From sequence record PP359696.1: a DNA stretch of 64,000 nt. One strand, written 5' to 3'. The notes under the pieces are model-generated. The model was not told where the DNA came from, ran no database searches, and saw only the letters and a list, made by a program, of their open reading frames with translations. The stretch is from Escherichia phage Ge15. A program made the position numbers and the translations under genes. The stretch's first letter is position 1; each line of letters begins with the position of its first letter. Shown piece by piece: positions 55,228 through 64,000 of this stretch.

Positions 55228-56543
55228 CATTTGATGATTTGACTGAAGGCCAGAAAAATGCCTTTAACATTGTTATGAGGGCTATTAAAGAAAAGAAACA
55301 TCATGTAACTATTAATGGACCTGCTGGTACTGGTAAGACTACTCTTACTAAGTTCATCATTGAAGCCTTAATATCTACGGGCGAAACTGGCATTATTTTA
55401 GCAGCTCCTACTCATGCAGCTAAAAAGATTCTTTCAAAACTATCAGGGAAAGAAGCGAGTACTATTCACAGTATTCTCAAAATTAACCCGGTAACATATG
55501 AAGAAAATGTCCTCTTTGAGCAGAAGGAAGTACCAGATTTAGCTAAATGCAGAGTATTAATCTGCGATGAAGTGTCAATGTATGATAGAAAGCTATTTAA
55601 AATTCTGCTTTCAACTATCCCGCCGTGGTGTACTATAATTGGAATAGGTGATAATAAGCAAATTAGACCTGTTGACCCAGGAGAAAACACTGCTTATATC
55701 AGTCCATTCTTTACACATAAAGATTTTTATCAGTGTGAACTCACTGAAGTTAAACGCAGTAATGCTCCTATTATTGATGTAGCTACTGATGTTCGTAACG
55801 GTAAGTGGATTTATGATAAAGTTGTTGACGGGCATGGAGTACGTGGATTTACTGGTGATACCGCTTTACGCGATTTTATGGTAAATTATTTTTCAATCGT
55901 CAAATCTTTAGATGATTTGTTTGAAAATCGCGTAATGGCATTTACGAATAAATCTGTTGACAAGTTAAATAGCATTATTCGTAAAAAGATTTTTGAAACT
56001 GATAAAGATTTTATTGTCGGTGAAATTATTGTAATGCAGGAACCATTAATTAAAACATATAAAATTGATGGAAAGCCTGTGTCAGAAATTATTTTTAATA
56101 ATGGACAATTAGTTCGTATTATAGAAGCAGAGTATACATCAACGTTTGTTAAAGCTCGTGGTGTTCCTGGAGAATACTTAATTCGTCATTGGGATTTAAC
56201 AGTAGAAACTTACGGCGATGATGAATATTATCGTGAAAAGATTAAAATAATTTCATCTGATGAAGAATTGTATAAGTTTAACCTATTTTTAGGTAAAACA
56301 GCAGAAACTTATAAAAATTGGAATAAAGGCGGAAAGGCTCCGTGGAGTGATTTTTGGGATGCTAAATCACAGTTTAGTAAAGTGAAAGCACTTCCTGCAT
56401 CAACATTCCATAAAGCACAGGGTATGTCTGTAGACCGTGCTTTCATCTATACGCCTTGTATTCATTATGCAGATGCTGAATTAGCTCAGCAACTTCTTTA
56501 TGTAGGTGTCACTCGTGGTCGTTATGATGTGTTTTATGTGTGA
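55224..56543 (+). CDS. dda: Dda DNA helicase (SF1B)
   Basis: 439 aa; Walker A GPAGTGKTT, Walker B ICDEVSM. Confidence 0.93.
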   Translation: MTFDDLTEGQKNAFNIVMRAIKEKKHHVTINGPAGTGKTTLTKFIIEALISTGETGIILAAPTHAAKKILSKLSGKEASTIHSILKINPVTYEENVLFEQKEVPDLAKCRVLICDEVSMYDRKLFKILLSTIPPWCTIIGIGDNKQIRPVDPGENTAYISPFFTHKDFYQCELTEVKRSNAPIIDVATDVRNGKWIYDKVVDGHGVRGFTGDTALRDFMVNYFSIVKSLDDLFENRVMAFTNKSVDKLNSIIRKKIFETDKDFIVGEIIVMQEPLIKTYKIDGKPVSEIIFNNGQLVRIIEAEYTSTFVKARGVPGEYLIRHWDLTVETYGDDEYYREKIKIISSDEELYKFNLFLGKTAETYKNWNKGGKAPWSDFWDAKSQFSKVKALPASTFHKAQGMSVDRAFIYTPCIHYADAELAQQLLYVGVTRGRYDVFYV

Positions 56544-56549
56544 GGATAT

Positions 56550-56810
56550 ATGATTAACATCAATTCAAAATATTTAAATCGTCTAATAGATGGTATAAGG
56601 AAGCATACTAATAAGCAAGATAATCTTAATGTTATGGTAACAGGAGCTGAGCTCCTTCATAAGCTTTATCTTATAAGTGATACTATATTAGCAATTAAAC
56701 GAATTGAAAAACAATCATATCACAGTAATACAGATACGGTAATTACACTAGATGAAAGTGTCTGTAAATTACTAATTAAATTTGAGGAAGCTATTCGTGG
56801 AAATAACTAA
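56550..56810 (+). CDS. Hypothetical protein (dexA.x paralog family)
   Basis: 86 aa. Confidence 0.45.
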   Translation: MININSKYLNRLIDGIRKHTNKQDNLNVMVTGAELLHKLYLISDTILAIKRIEKQSYHSNTDTVITLDESVCKLLIKFEEAIRGNN

Positions 56811-57042
56811 AGATCAGTTTTATCTTCTTCAGGATAAAGTTAGCGAAATTTATGAAATTGCTCATGGTAAAAATCGTGAAACTGTAAAAATTGAATCTAG
56901 TAAGTTGATGCTTCAATTAGAAGAAATTGAACGAGATTTAATTGCGTTAGAATTCTTTTGTGGTGAAGTGAAAACTGTTACAATTAATGATTATGTTTTA
57001 GGCGAAATTAGCTATCTTTATGAGGCGATTATTAATGATTGA
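56797..57042 (+). CDS. Hypothetical protein (dexA.x paralog family)
   Basis: GTG 56797 after GAGGAAG; similar to next ORF (LEEIERDL/LEEIQKDI, INDYVLGEI/IQDYTVGQI). Confidence 0.4.
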   Translation: MEITKDQFYLLQDKVSEIYEIAHGKNRETVKIESSKLMLQLEEIERDLIALEFFCGEVKTVTINDYVLGEISYLYEAIIND

Positions 57043-57277
57043 ATTAAGTTGGTACCAATTTAAATCTCTTATGACAAATGTTAAAGCTGTCATTGAAGAA
57101 AATCAGGGTCCTGAAAATATTACTACTCGCGAAAAAGCTTTAAAGATAGTATACAGTCTTGAAGAAATACAAAAAGACATTGAATCTATGGCAAAATTTA
57201 TTGATGAGCCTATCAATAAAGTTTATATTCAAGACTATACTGTAGGTCAAATTCGTGATTTAGCGAGGAAAATTTAA
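57035..57277 (+). CDS. Hypothetical protein (dexA.x paralog family)
   Basis: ATG 57035 (ATGATTGA overlap). Confidence 0.4.
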   Translation: MIELSWYQFKSLMTNVKAVIEENQGPENITTREKALKIVYSLEEIQKDIESMAKFIDEPINKVYIQDYTVGQIRDLARKI

Positions 57278-57960
57278 TGTTTGATTTTATTATAGATTTT
57301 GAAACAATGGGAAGCGGTGAAAAAGCAGCTGTTATTGATTTGGCTGTAATTGCTTTTGACCCTAACCCAGAAGTAGTTGAAACGTTTGATGAATTAGTTT
57401 CACGTGGCATTAAAATCAAATTTGATTTAAAAAGCCAAAAAGGACATCGTCTTTTTACTAAAAGCACTATCGAATGGTGGAAAAATCAATCTCCTGAAGC
57501 TCGAAAAAATATTGCACCATCCGATGAAGATGTAAGCACTATCGACGGTATTGCAAAATTTAATGATTACATCAATGCACATAATATCGATCCTTGGAAA
57601 TCTCAAGGCTGGTGCCGTGGAATGTCGTTTGATTTTCCAATTTTAGTCGATCTCATTCGTGATATTCAACGTCTTAATGGTGTTTCTGAGAATGAGCTTG
57701 ACACATTTAAGTTAGAACCATGTAAATTCTGGAATCAGCGTGATATTCGTACCAGAATTGAAGCACTTCTGCTTGTTCGTGATATGACAACATGTCCTCT
57801 TCCAAAGGGAACCTTAGATGGATTCGTTGCGCATGATTCTATTCATGACTGTGCGAAAGACATCCTGATGATGAAGTATGCTTTGCGATACGCTATGGGT
57901 CTTGAAGATGCTCCGTCAGAGGAAGAGTGCGATCCTCTGTCTCTTCCAACAAAACGATAA
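57277..57960 (+). CDS. dexA: Exonuclease A (3'-5' DEDDh-type)
   Basis: 227 aa; MFDFIIDFETMGSGEKAAVIDLAVIAFD exo I motif; size and position as T4 DexA. Confidence 0.88.
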   Translation: MFDFIIDFETMGSGEKAAVIDLAVIAFDPNPEVVETFDELVSRGIKIKFDLKSQKGHRLFTKSTIEWWKNQSPEARKNIAPSDEDVSTIDGIAKFNDYINAHNIDPWKSQGWCRGMSFDFPILVDLIRDIQRLNGVSENELDTFKLEPCKFWNQRDIRTRIEALLLVRDMTTCPLPKGTLDGFVAHDSIHDCAKDILMMKYALRYAMGLEDAPSEEECDPLSLPTKR

Positions 57961-57962
57961 AA

Positions 57963-58000
57963 AGTTGTTTACTTCCTCGGTTAGTTGTGGTATTATAACA
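57963..58000 (+). promoter_or_regulatory. T4-type early promoter
   Basis: GTTGTTTAC ... TGTGGTATTATAAC. Confidence 0.65.
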
Positions 58001-58023
58001 CCATAGCTACTGAGGATAATAAA

Positions 58024-58527
58024 ATGAAAATTTATCGTGTTGAATCATCATTTAGTATTCTTAATTATGAAGATGCTATAACAATACGTCGAGATCTTTG
58101 TGTTCAAATAACTCCGTACAGGAGTATAATAGATTCATGGAGTGAAGAGTGGTTATTACACGTAGGTTATGACAGACCTAATTTTATGCATCATAGTAAT
58201 GATAATAAAAGAATTCCTGTGCCGCATGAAGACAAATTATTAGTTAAAAATGCTAATATAGCAATTAATACTAATTTTGAGAAAGAAGAATATGTAGGCG
58301 TAGATCACTATATTCCAGGATGGTTTATAGCTCTTTATCATTTTGCTTTCGCTAGCGAATATGATATGATGAGATGGTTCACACGAGAAGAGCGTGAAGA
58401 ATTAGCTTCTAAAGGATTTTATCTCGCTGTATACGAAGTACCTGATGACCAAGTTATCATTGGCGGTCATCAAGTAATGTTCCGCAAGTCACATGCCGAA
58501 TTAAAAGGCTTTATTACCTTAGATTAA
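58024..58527 (+). CDS. Hypothetical protein
   Basis: 167 aa from ATG 58024 downstream of early promoter. Confidence 0.45.
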   Translation: MKIYRVESSFSILNYEDAITIRRDLCVQITPYRSIIDSWSEEWLLHVGYDRPNFMHHSNDNKRIPVPHEDKLLVKNANIAINTNFEKEEYVGVDHYIPGWFIALYHFAFASEYDMMRWFTREEREELASKGFYLAVYEVPDDQVIIGGHQVMFRKSHAELKGFITLD

Positions 58528-58539
58528 GGGGAAAACATC

Positions 58540-59034
58540 ATGAATATCAGTACTACAGCTACTTACATCCTGAAAGACGAAAAGCAAATCAACTGGTATG
58601 GTGCTTCAGTGCGAGCTTATGAAAAGTTTTGTGAAATTTTAGGCGCCACTCAAGGTAATAGTTTCACTATTGTTAACTTCATCAAACAAGCTGAAGGCCC
58701 TTGGTTATTCTTAGAAATTAAAAATTCATACGGTACAATTTCTACTACCGCCCTTCCAAGCACCGACTTTGAACTGTTGATTGAAGAAGTAGAACCCGTT
58801 AAAGACATCTGTATTGATATGGATATCGCTTGTATGTACGGTACTCTGGTTAAGCCTATTGCGCCTACTGATTTGTTGTGTAAAGCTGTTTCAATTCGAC
58901 GTCCGTTCGCAGGTCCAGTGAGTGGATGGGTAACTGATCAGTGGATTGAAGACGGTGTTGAACTTCTGAACGTTGTTCATGCAGGTGATTTTAGTGTAGT
59001 TCCACGTAGTGCAGTAATTAATATCCTTAATTAA
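58540..59034 (+). CDS. MotB-family-like protein (paralog 1)
   Basis: 164 aa; C-terminal block GWVTDQWIEDGVELLNVVHAGDFSVV shared with next two ORFs. Confidence 0.45.
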   Translation: MNISTTATYILKDEKQINWYGASVRAYEKFCEILGATQGNSFTIVNFIKQAEGPWLFLEIKNSYGTISTTALPSTDFELLIEEVEPVKDICIDMDIACMYGTLVKPIAPTDLLCKAVSIRRPFAGPVSGWVTDQWIEDGVELLNVVHAGDFSVVPRSAVINILN

Positions 59035-59106
59035 GTTTACTTTATAGAGAGCCTGTTATAATGGCTCTCATGGAGAATAAATCTTAACAACAAAGAGAGA
59101 AAAATT

Positions 59107-59580
59107 ATGATTACTATCGGTGAAATTAAGCGTGTATCGTCTGCATCTCGTTCTAAAGCTGCAGGTCGTCTAGTTGAAGTGGTAGGACTTCGTACTAATG
59201 GTACTGGTCGTGTTATAGAAGTTAAAGTTCGAATCATTCCTAGTTCTGGAAAAACTGAAACTCAGTACGCTTACGTAAGTCCTAAATTTCTGGAAACTCG
59301 TGTTAGCTCTCATTTTGCTTCTGTTGAAGAAGTTGAATCCACTGAGTCTAATGCACAATTTAAATGGGCGTTGTGTAAAGGCGTTGAATTTGTAACTGAT
59401 GAAGAATTCGATTATATTGATGATTTCGCTGGTCCAAGTAAAACTGATAGGATGTGTGGCTTCATCACAGACCAATGGGTTGAAGATGGTGAAAAGCTCT
59501 ACAATATCGTATTCTTAGGTGACTTCCGGGTTGTTGAAGAATCTGAAATCACTCGTTATGCTTCTCCTCGTAAAGCTTAA
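59107..59580 (+). CDS. MotB-family-like protein (paralog 2)
   Basis: 157 aa; N-terminal VSSASRSKAAGRLVEVVG and C-terminal GFITDQWVEDGEKLYNIVFLGDFRVV. Confidence 0.45.
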   Translation: MITIGEIKRVSSASRSKAAGRLVEVVGLRTNGTGRVIEVKVRIIPSSGKTETQYAYVSPKFLETRVSSHFASVEEVESTESNAQFKWALCKGVEFVTDEEFDYIDDFAGPSKTDRMCGFITDQWVEDGEKLYNIVFLGDFRVVEESEITRYASPRKA

Positions 59581-59589
59581 GGAATTATT

Positions 59590-60009
59590 ATGAATATTGT
59601 AAATCTCTCTACTGGTGATTACGTATATGTATCCGTTGCTTCTCGTTCTAAAGTTGCAGGAAAGCTGGTTGAAGTTCTTTCTGTAAGTGATCCAGTTTTT
59701 GGTCGTAACGAGGTTAAAGTTCGTGACGCTGATGGTAACATTGGTTATGTCTCAAGTCAGTTCATTGAGCCAGAAGAAAGCGCATTTAAATGGAAACTTT
59801 GTTCTTCAGTTTTAGTTGTAAAAGACCATAAATTCACAATTGCGGCGGCAACAGATGGAACTCCATGGACAACGAATCAAGTCGCTGGTTTTATTTCGGA
59901 CCGTTGGGTAGAAGATGGTGTCAAGCTCTACAATATTGTTTTTGCAGGCCAGTTCATGGTAGTTCCTGAATTCCAAATTAAAAAATGGTGCGAAGCAGCT
60001 TTAGCATAA
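59590..60009 (+). CDS. MotB-family-like protein (paralog 3)
   Basis: 139 aa; VSVASRSKVAGKLVEVL and GFISDRWVEDGVKLYNIVFAGQFMVV. Confidence 0.45.
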   Translation: MNIVNLSTGDYVYVSVASRSKVAGKLVEVLSVSDPVFGRNEVKVRDADGNIGYVSSQFIEPEESAFKWKLCSSVLVVKDHKFTIAAATDGTPWTTNQVAGFISDRWVEDGVKLYNIVFAGQFMVVPEFQIKKWCEAALA

Positions 60010-60039
60010 ATTTGCATAAAGTTTAAAATTTTTTCATAA

Positions 60040-60090
60040 AACTATATACATCAGTAGTTGATTATGGTACTATATCAATATCAACTACTG
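60040..60090 (+). promoter_or_regulatory. Promoter-like element embedded in an 11-bp-arm palindrome
   Basis: CAGTAGTTGAT-TATGGTACTATATCAAT-ATCAACTACTG; -10 like other early promoters but weak -35. Confidence 0.4.
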
Positions 60091-60116
60091 ATACAGAAAA
60101 CAACTTGGAGAATAAA

Positions 60117-60386
60117 ATGGAAAATTTAATTATCATCGAGCAATCTTTCAATGATTATGGTATGGCTTACGGTTATCGTGCGATAATGGAAGATTCTCGT
60201 GGATGTGTTATCGATATTGCTGAATGTAAAGATTTACTGCAGCTTTTGAAGATTGTTCGCAAAAATTGGGATTGTGAAAACATTAAAGCTCGTGTTGTAA
60301 CGGAAGAAGAAACTGTTTTTCATGATGTAAAATTTGCCAAAGGTGCTGCTACTCTTCTGAAACGCATCGCTCCACTGTTCAATTAA
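60117..60386 (+). CDS. Hypothetical protein
   Basis: 89 aa from ATG 60117 after GGAG; promoter with palindrome upstream. Confidence 0.4.
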   Translation: MENLIIIEQSFNDYGMAYGYRAIMEDSRGCVIDIAECKDLLQLLKIVRKNWDCENIKARVVTEEETVFHDVKFAKGAATLLKRIAPLFN

Positions 60387-60399
60387 TGAGGAAATTGTA

Positions 60400-60615
60400 A
60401 TGAAACGTAAAATTGTTCAGAACTGCACTAATGACGAATTTGAAGATGTATTATTCGATCCAGATTTGGTAGTAGTTCAAAAGGAACATACCGTTAAGTT
60501 TACTCACTTGACTTCGGTTTATGTGTATGAAAAGGTTGGTGATAAACAACCAATTTACGGTGTATTTCGTGAAATTACTGAAGATGGCACAACTTACTGG
60601 AAGGAAATTTATTAA
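60400..60615 (+). CDS. Hypothetical protein
   Basis: 71 aa. Confidence 0.4.
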   Translation: MKRKIVQNCTNDEFEDVLFDPDLVVVQKEHTVKFTHLTSVYVYEKVGDKQPIYGVFREITEDGTTYWKEIY

Positions 60616-61034
60616 TGGCTATTAAATTTGAAGTTAATAAATGGTATCAATTTAAAAATAAACAAGCTCAAGAAGCTTTTATTAAAGACCATACTGATAA
60701 CGGAATTTATGCACGACGTTTAGGTATGCATCCTTTTAAAATTTTAGATGTTGACCATCTTGGTCGTCCTACTAAAATTATGTCATTTACTGGCACAATT
60801 GGATATGCAACACATGGTGATATCCTTGACGAAAACTTTATCTGGCTCTCTACTAACGAAGCTGAGTTCTTTGATGAAGTGGAAAATCCATATCAGGCAG
60901 CTGAAGAGCAAGAGCAGGAAGAGCAAGAACAAATAGAAGATTTCACAGAATTTCCTGTCATGAAAGTTACTATTGAAAATAATGAACAGGCATGGTCCTT
61001 GTATCAAATGCTGAAAGCACACTTTAAGGAATAA
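60615..61034 (+). CDS. Hypothetical protein with acidic EQEQEEQEQ repeat
   Basis: 139 aa. Confidence 0.45.
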   Translation: MAIKFEVNKWYQFKNKQAQEAFIKDHTDNGIYARRLGMHPFKILDVDHLGRPTKIMSFTGTIGYATHGDILDENFIWLSTNEAEFFDEVENPYQAAEEQEQEEQEQIEDFTEFPVMKVTIENNEQAWSLYQMLKAHFKE

Positions 61035-61036
61035 TT

Positions 61037-61213
61037 ATGCCAATGTATGATTATAAATGCCAATCCGAAGATTGCGGGCATGAATATGAAAAAATTAAAA
61101 AGATTTCTGAACGAGAAAATGATGTTTGCCCTAAATGTCATCGTTTGTCTACTCGTCGGCCTTCTGCTCCTAAGCATGTGAATGGCGGATTTTACGACTT
61201 ACTTAAAGGATAA
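61037..61213 (+). CDS. Small zinc-ribbon protein (FmdB-like)
   Basis: 58-aa ORF not in track; MPMYDYKCQSEDCGHEYE...CPKC pattern typical of FmdB-family Zn ribbons. Confidence 0.35.
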   Translation: MPMYDYKCQSEDCGHEYEKIKKISERENDVCPKCHRLSTRRPSAPKHVNGGFYDLLKG

Positions 61214-61215
61214 TT

Positions 61216-61587
61216 ATGTTTAAAATCGGTAAGAAGTATCGTATTCGCAAAGGCGAAGAAAAGAAATATCTAATGTCTGCTATTTATAGGAATGGTTCTA
61301 TTAATGCTGTAATATCTACAAGCGAATTTATCGTTGAAGATATGAAAGGTCATAATGTTACAATGATTAGTACAGCATCCGGAAATGATGGAAAAATTCT
61401 TCACAGTTTTCAGAGTAATGTTCTAATTTATGATGAAGAATTTGACTTCTTTGAAGAAGTCACAGAAGATTTTGATTTTGAATGCACTATTACCATGAAA
61501 TCTGGCGACCCTCTTTCTTTTACAGTTAAAGATGAAAGAAGCCGTTTAAGAATTATTAGTCTCCTTCAAGCCATTAAATTTAAGTGA
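61216..61587 (+). CDS. Hypothetical protein
   Basis: 123 aa. Confidence 0.45.
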   Translation: MFKIGKKYRIRKGEEKKYLMSAIYRNGSINAVISTSEFIVEDMKGHNVTMISTASGNDGKILHSFQSNVLIYDEEFDFFEEVTEDFDFECTITMKSGDPLSFTVKDERSRLRIISLLQAIKFK

Positions 61588-61799
61588 AAATTATGAAATA
61601 TGTTAATCGTTCTATCGCAGCATTAGTATTAGCAGTATCTTTAGTAGGATGTACTGATGCTGATAATGCAACTAAAATTTTATCATCAAGTGGTTTTTTA
61701 CTAATATTGAAATCACTGGATATAACTGGTTCGGTTGCTCTGAAAATGATTTCCAACATACTGGATTTCGTGCTATTGGACCTACCGGGCAGAAAGTAG
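61584..61799 (+). CDS. Putative small lipoprotein
   Basis: 71 aa; signal peptide with lipobox-like LVGC. Confidence 0.4.
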   Translation: MKIMKYVNRSIAALVLAVSLVGCTDADNATKILSSSGFLLILKSLDITGSVALKMISNILDFVLLDLPGRK

Positions 61800-61855
61800 A
61801 AGGAACAGTATGTTCTGGGTTGTTCTTTAAGGATTCAACTATTCGTTTTAAATAA

Positions 61856-61873
61856 AAGGCCTTCGGGCCTTTA
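61856..61873 (+). terminator. Intrinsic terminator upstream of gene 39
   Basis: AGGCC-TTCG-GGCCT + TT. Confidence 0.6.
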
Positions 61874-61897
61874 GCTTTATGATTACTGGAGTATAAT
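61873..61897 (+). promoter_or_regulatory. Possible middle promoter of gene 39
   Basis: AGCTTTA (Mot-box-like) + 12 nt + TATAAT. Confidence 0.4.
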
Positions 61898-61924
61898 ATT
61901 CCCGAAACCAAACGAGGATAAGTG

Positions 61925-63742
61925 ATGATTAAGAATGAAATTAAAATTCTGAGCGATATTGAACATATCAAAAAGCGTAGCGGCATGTACATTGGCTCTT
62001 CAGCTAATGAAATGCATGAGCGCTTTCTGTTTGGTAAATGGGAAAGTGTTCAGTATGTACCTGGTCTTGTTAAGCTTATTGATGAAATTATCGATAACTC
62101 AGTAGATGAAGGTATTCGTACTAAGTTTAAATTCGCAAATAAAATTAATGTTACTATTAAAAATAATCAAGTAACAGTTGAAGATAACGGTCGTGGTATT
62201 CCACAGGCGATGGTTAAAACACCTACCGGTGAAGAAATTCCTGGTCCTGTTGCTGCGTGGACTATTCCAAAAGCAGGTGGTAACTTCGGTGATGATAAAG
62301 AACGCGTCACCGGTGGTATGAATGGTGTTGGTTCTAGTTTGACAAACATTTTTTCTGTGATGTTTGTCGGTGAAACTGGTGATGGTCAAAATAATATTGT
62401 AGTTCGTTGTTCAAACGGCATGGAAAATAAATCATGGGAAGATATTCCTGGAAAATGGAAAGGAACCCGTGTTACTTTCATTCCTGATTTTATGTCATTT
62501 GAAACTAATGAGCTGTCCCAAGTTTATCTTGACATTACACTAGATCGTCTCCAAACACTTGCTGTTGTTTATCCTGATATTCAATTTACCTTTAATGGTA
62601 AAAAGGTTCAGGGTAATTTTAAGAAATACGCACGCCAATATGATGAACATGCTATCGTTCAAGAACAAGAAAATTGTTCTATTGCGGTTGGTCGTTCACC
62701 GGATGGTTTTCGTCAATTAACATACGTCAATAACATTCATACTAAGAATGGTGGCCATCACATTGACTGTGTTATGGATGATATTTGTGAAGACCTTATT
62801 CCACAAATCAAACGTAAGTTCAAAATTGATGTAACTAAAGCACGCGTTAAAGAATGTTTGACTATCGTTATGTTTGTTCGTGATATGAAAAACATGCGAT
62901 TTGATTCTCAAACTAAAGAGCGTTTGACTTCTCCATTTGGCGAAATTCGTAGTCATATTCAACTTGACGCTAAAAAGATTTCACGCGCTATTCTAAATAA
63001 TGAAGCAATTCTGATGCCGATTATTGAAGCTGCTTTGGCTCGTAAATTGGCGGCAGAAAAAGCAGCAGAAACTAAAGCAGCTAAAAAGGCCTCTAAAGCT
63101 AAGGTTCATAAACATATTAAAGCGAATCTTTGCGGTAAAGACGCTGACACTACTCTTTTCTTGACTGAGGGTGATTCTGCTATCGGATATCTTATTGATG
63201 TTCGTGATAAAGAACTTCATGGCGGTTATCCATTACGTGGTAAAGTTCTTAATAGCTGGGGTATGTCATATGCCGATATGCTTAAAAACAAAGAACTGTT
63301 TGACATTTGCGCAATCACTGGATTAGTTCTTGGTGAAAAGGCTGAAAACTTGAATTATCATAATATTGCTATTATGACCGATGCTGACCACGATGGTCTA
63401 GGAAGCATTTATCCTTCTCTGCTCGGATTTTTTAGTAATTGGCCAGAACTGTTTGAACAAGGAAGAATTCGCTTCGTCAAAACTCCTGTAATCATCGCTC
63501 AGGTCGGTAAAAAACAAGAATGGTTTTATACAGTCGCTGAATATGAGAGTGCCAAAGATGCTCTACCTAAACATAGCATCCGTTATATTAAAGGACTTGG
63601 CTCTTTGGAAAAATCTGAATATCGTGAGATGATTCAAAATCCAGTATATGATGTTGTTAAACTTCCTGAGAACTGGAAAGAGCTTTTTGAAATGCTCATG
63701 GGAGATAATGCTGACCTTCGCAAAGAATGGATGAGCCAGTAG
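61925..63742 (+). CDS. 39: DNA topoisomerase II large subunit gp39, full-length (39+60 fused form)
   Basis: 605 aa from ATG 61925; GHKL ATPase motifs (EIIDNSVDE, GRGIP, GGNFGDD) plus Toprim-like C-terminal part (EGDSA, DHDG) in one ORF. Confidence 0.93.
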   Translation: MIKNEIKILSDIEHIKKRSGMYIGSSANEMHERFLFGKWESVQYVPGLVKLIDEIIDNSVDEGIRTKFKFANKINVTIKNNQVTVEDNGRGIPQAMVKTPTGEEIPGPVAAWTIPKAGGNFGDDKERVTGGMNGVGSSLTNIFSVMFVGETGDGQNNIVVRCSNGMENKSWEDIPGKWKGTRVTFIPDFMSFETNELSQVYLDITLDRLQTLAVVYPDIQFTFNGKKVQGNFKKYARQYDEHAIVQEQENCSIAVGRSPDGFRQLTYVNNIHTKNGGHHIDCVMDDICEDLIPQIKRKFKIDVTKARVKECLTIVMFVRDMKNMRFDSQTKERLTSPFGEIRSHIQLDAKKISRAILNNEAILMPIIEAALARKLAAEKAAETKAAKKASKAKVHKHIKANLCGKDADTTLFLTEGDSAIGYLIDVRDKELHGGYPLRGKVLNSWGMSYADMLKNKELFDICAITGLVLGEKAENLNYHNIAIMTDADHDGLGSIYPSLLGFFSNWPELFEQGRIRFVKTPVIIAQVGKKQEWFYTVAEYESAKDALPKHSIRYIKGLGSLEKSEYREMIQNPVYDVVKLPENWKELFEMLMGDNADLRKEWMSQ

Positions 63743-63773
63743 TTTACTTTACCACAAGGATGTGGTATAATTA
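63741..63773 (+). promoter_or_regulatory. T4-type early promoter
   Basis: TAGTTTAC ... TGTGGTATAAT. Confidence 0.7.
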
Positions 63774-63796
63774 ATTGGGCAAATGAGGATATTGAA

Positions 63797-64000
63797 ATGA
63801 AATCATATAAAGTAAATTTAGAACTTTTTGATAAAGCAGTTCATCGAGAATATAGAATCATTCAACGCTTTTTCGATATGGGAGAAGCCGAAGAGTTTAA
63901 AAACCGCTTTAAGGATATTAGAGATAAAATTCAATCAGACACCGCAACTAAAGATGAACTACTAGAAGTTGCTGAAGTTATTAAACGCAATATGAATTAA
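63797..64000 (+). CDS. Hypothetical protein (rIIA.1 position)
   Basis: 67 aa, early promoter upstream; ends at window edge with stop codon. Confidence 0.45.
   Translation: MKSYKVNLELFDKAVHREYRIIQRFFDMGEAEEFKNRFKDIRDKIQSDTATKDELLEVAEVIKRNMN

Overview
This window reads as the early/middle (replication, recombination, nucleotide metabolism) arm of a T4-like (T-even) myovirus genome. Almost all coding is on the + strand, as tightly packed, often ATGA/TAATG-overlapping ORFs. Gene order follows the T4 map: e.x cluster, nudE, e (lysozyme), denV, ipII, ipIII, vs cluster with regB, tk, rI, nrdC-upstream hyperplastic region, nrdC, 49, nrdD, nrdG, 55, alpha-gt, 47, 46, rpbA, 45, 44, 62, regA, 43, imm region, 42, (beta-gt slot), uvsX, 40, 41, 61.x genes (dmd, sp), 61, 56, soc, modB/modA, srd, dda, dexA, motB-like region, 39. 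Proteins I can compare from memory (lysozyme, endo VII, NrdC, UvsX, gp43, gp42) look near-identical to T4, but this is not T4 itself: gene 39 is a single 605-aa ORF with no gene 60 split, nrdD is uninterrupted, no homing-endonuclease or dam-like ORF is visible, and the beta-gt slot holds an unrelated 282-aa ORF. Regulatory signals are abundant and readable: T4-type early promoters (GTTTAC ... TGGTAnnAT), MotA-box middle promoters, TATAAATA late promoters, and GGGCTTCGGCCC-type tetraloop terminators. I did not find a clearly novel multi-gene system that I can support with confidence. The best candidates for uncharacterised biology are in the hyperplastic segments: a four-gene coiled-coil paralog array, a nucleotidyltransferase-fold plus AAA+ ATPase pair, a macro-domain-like protein, the replaced beta-gt and dam loci, and a new capsid-targeting-sequence mini-ORF. 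All identifications are from motif recognition and synteny; no database search was run. Coordinates of ORFs not in the supplied track and of regulatory sites are hand-counted and may be off by 1-2 nt.
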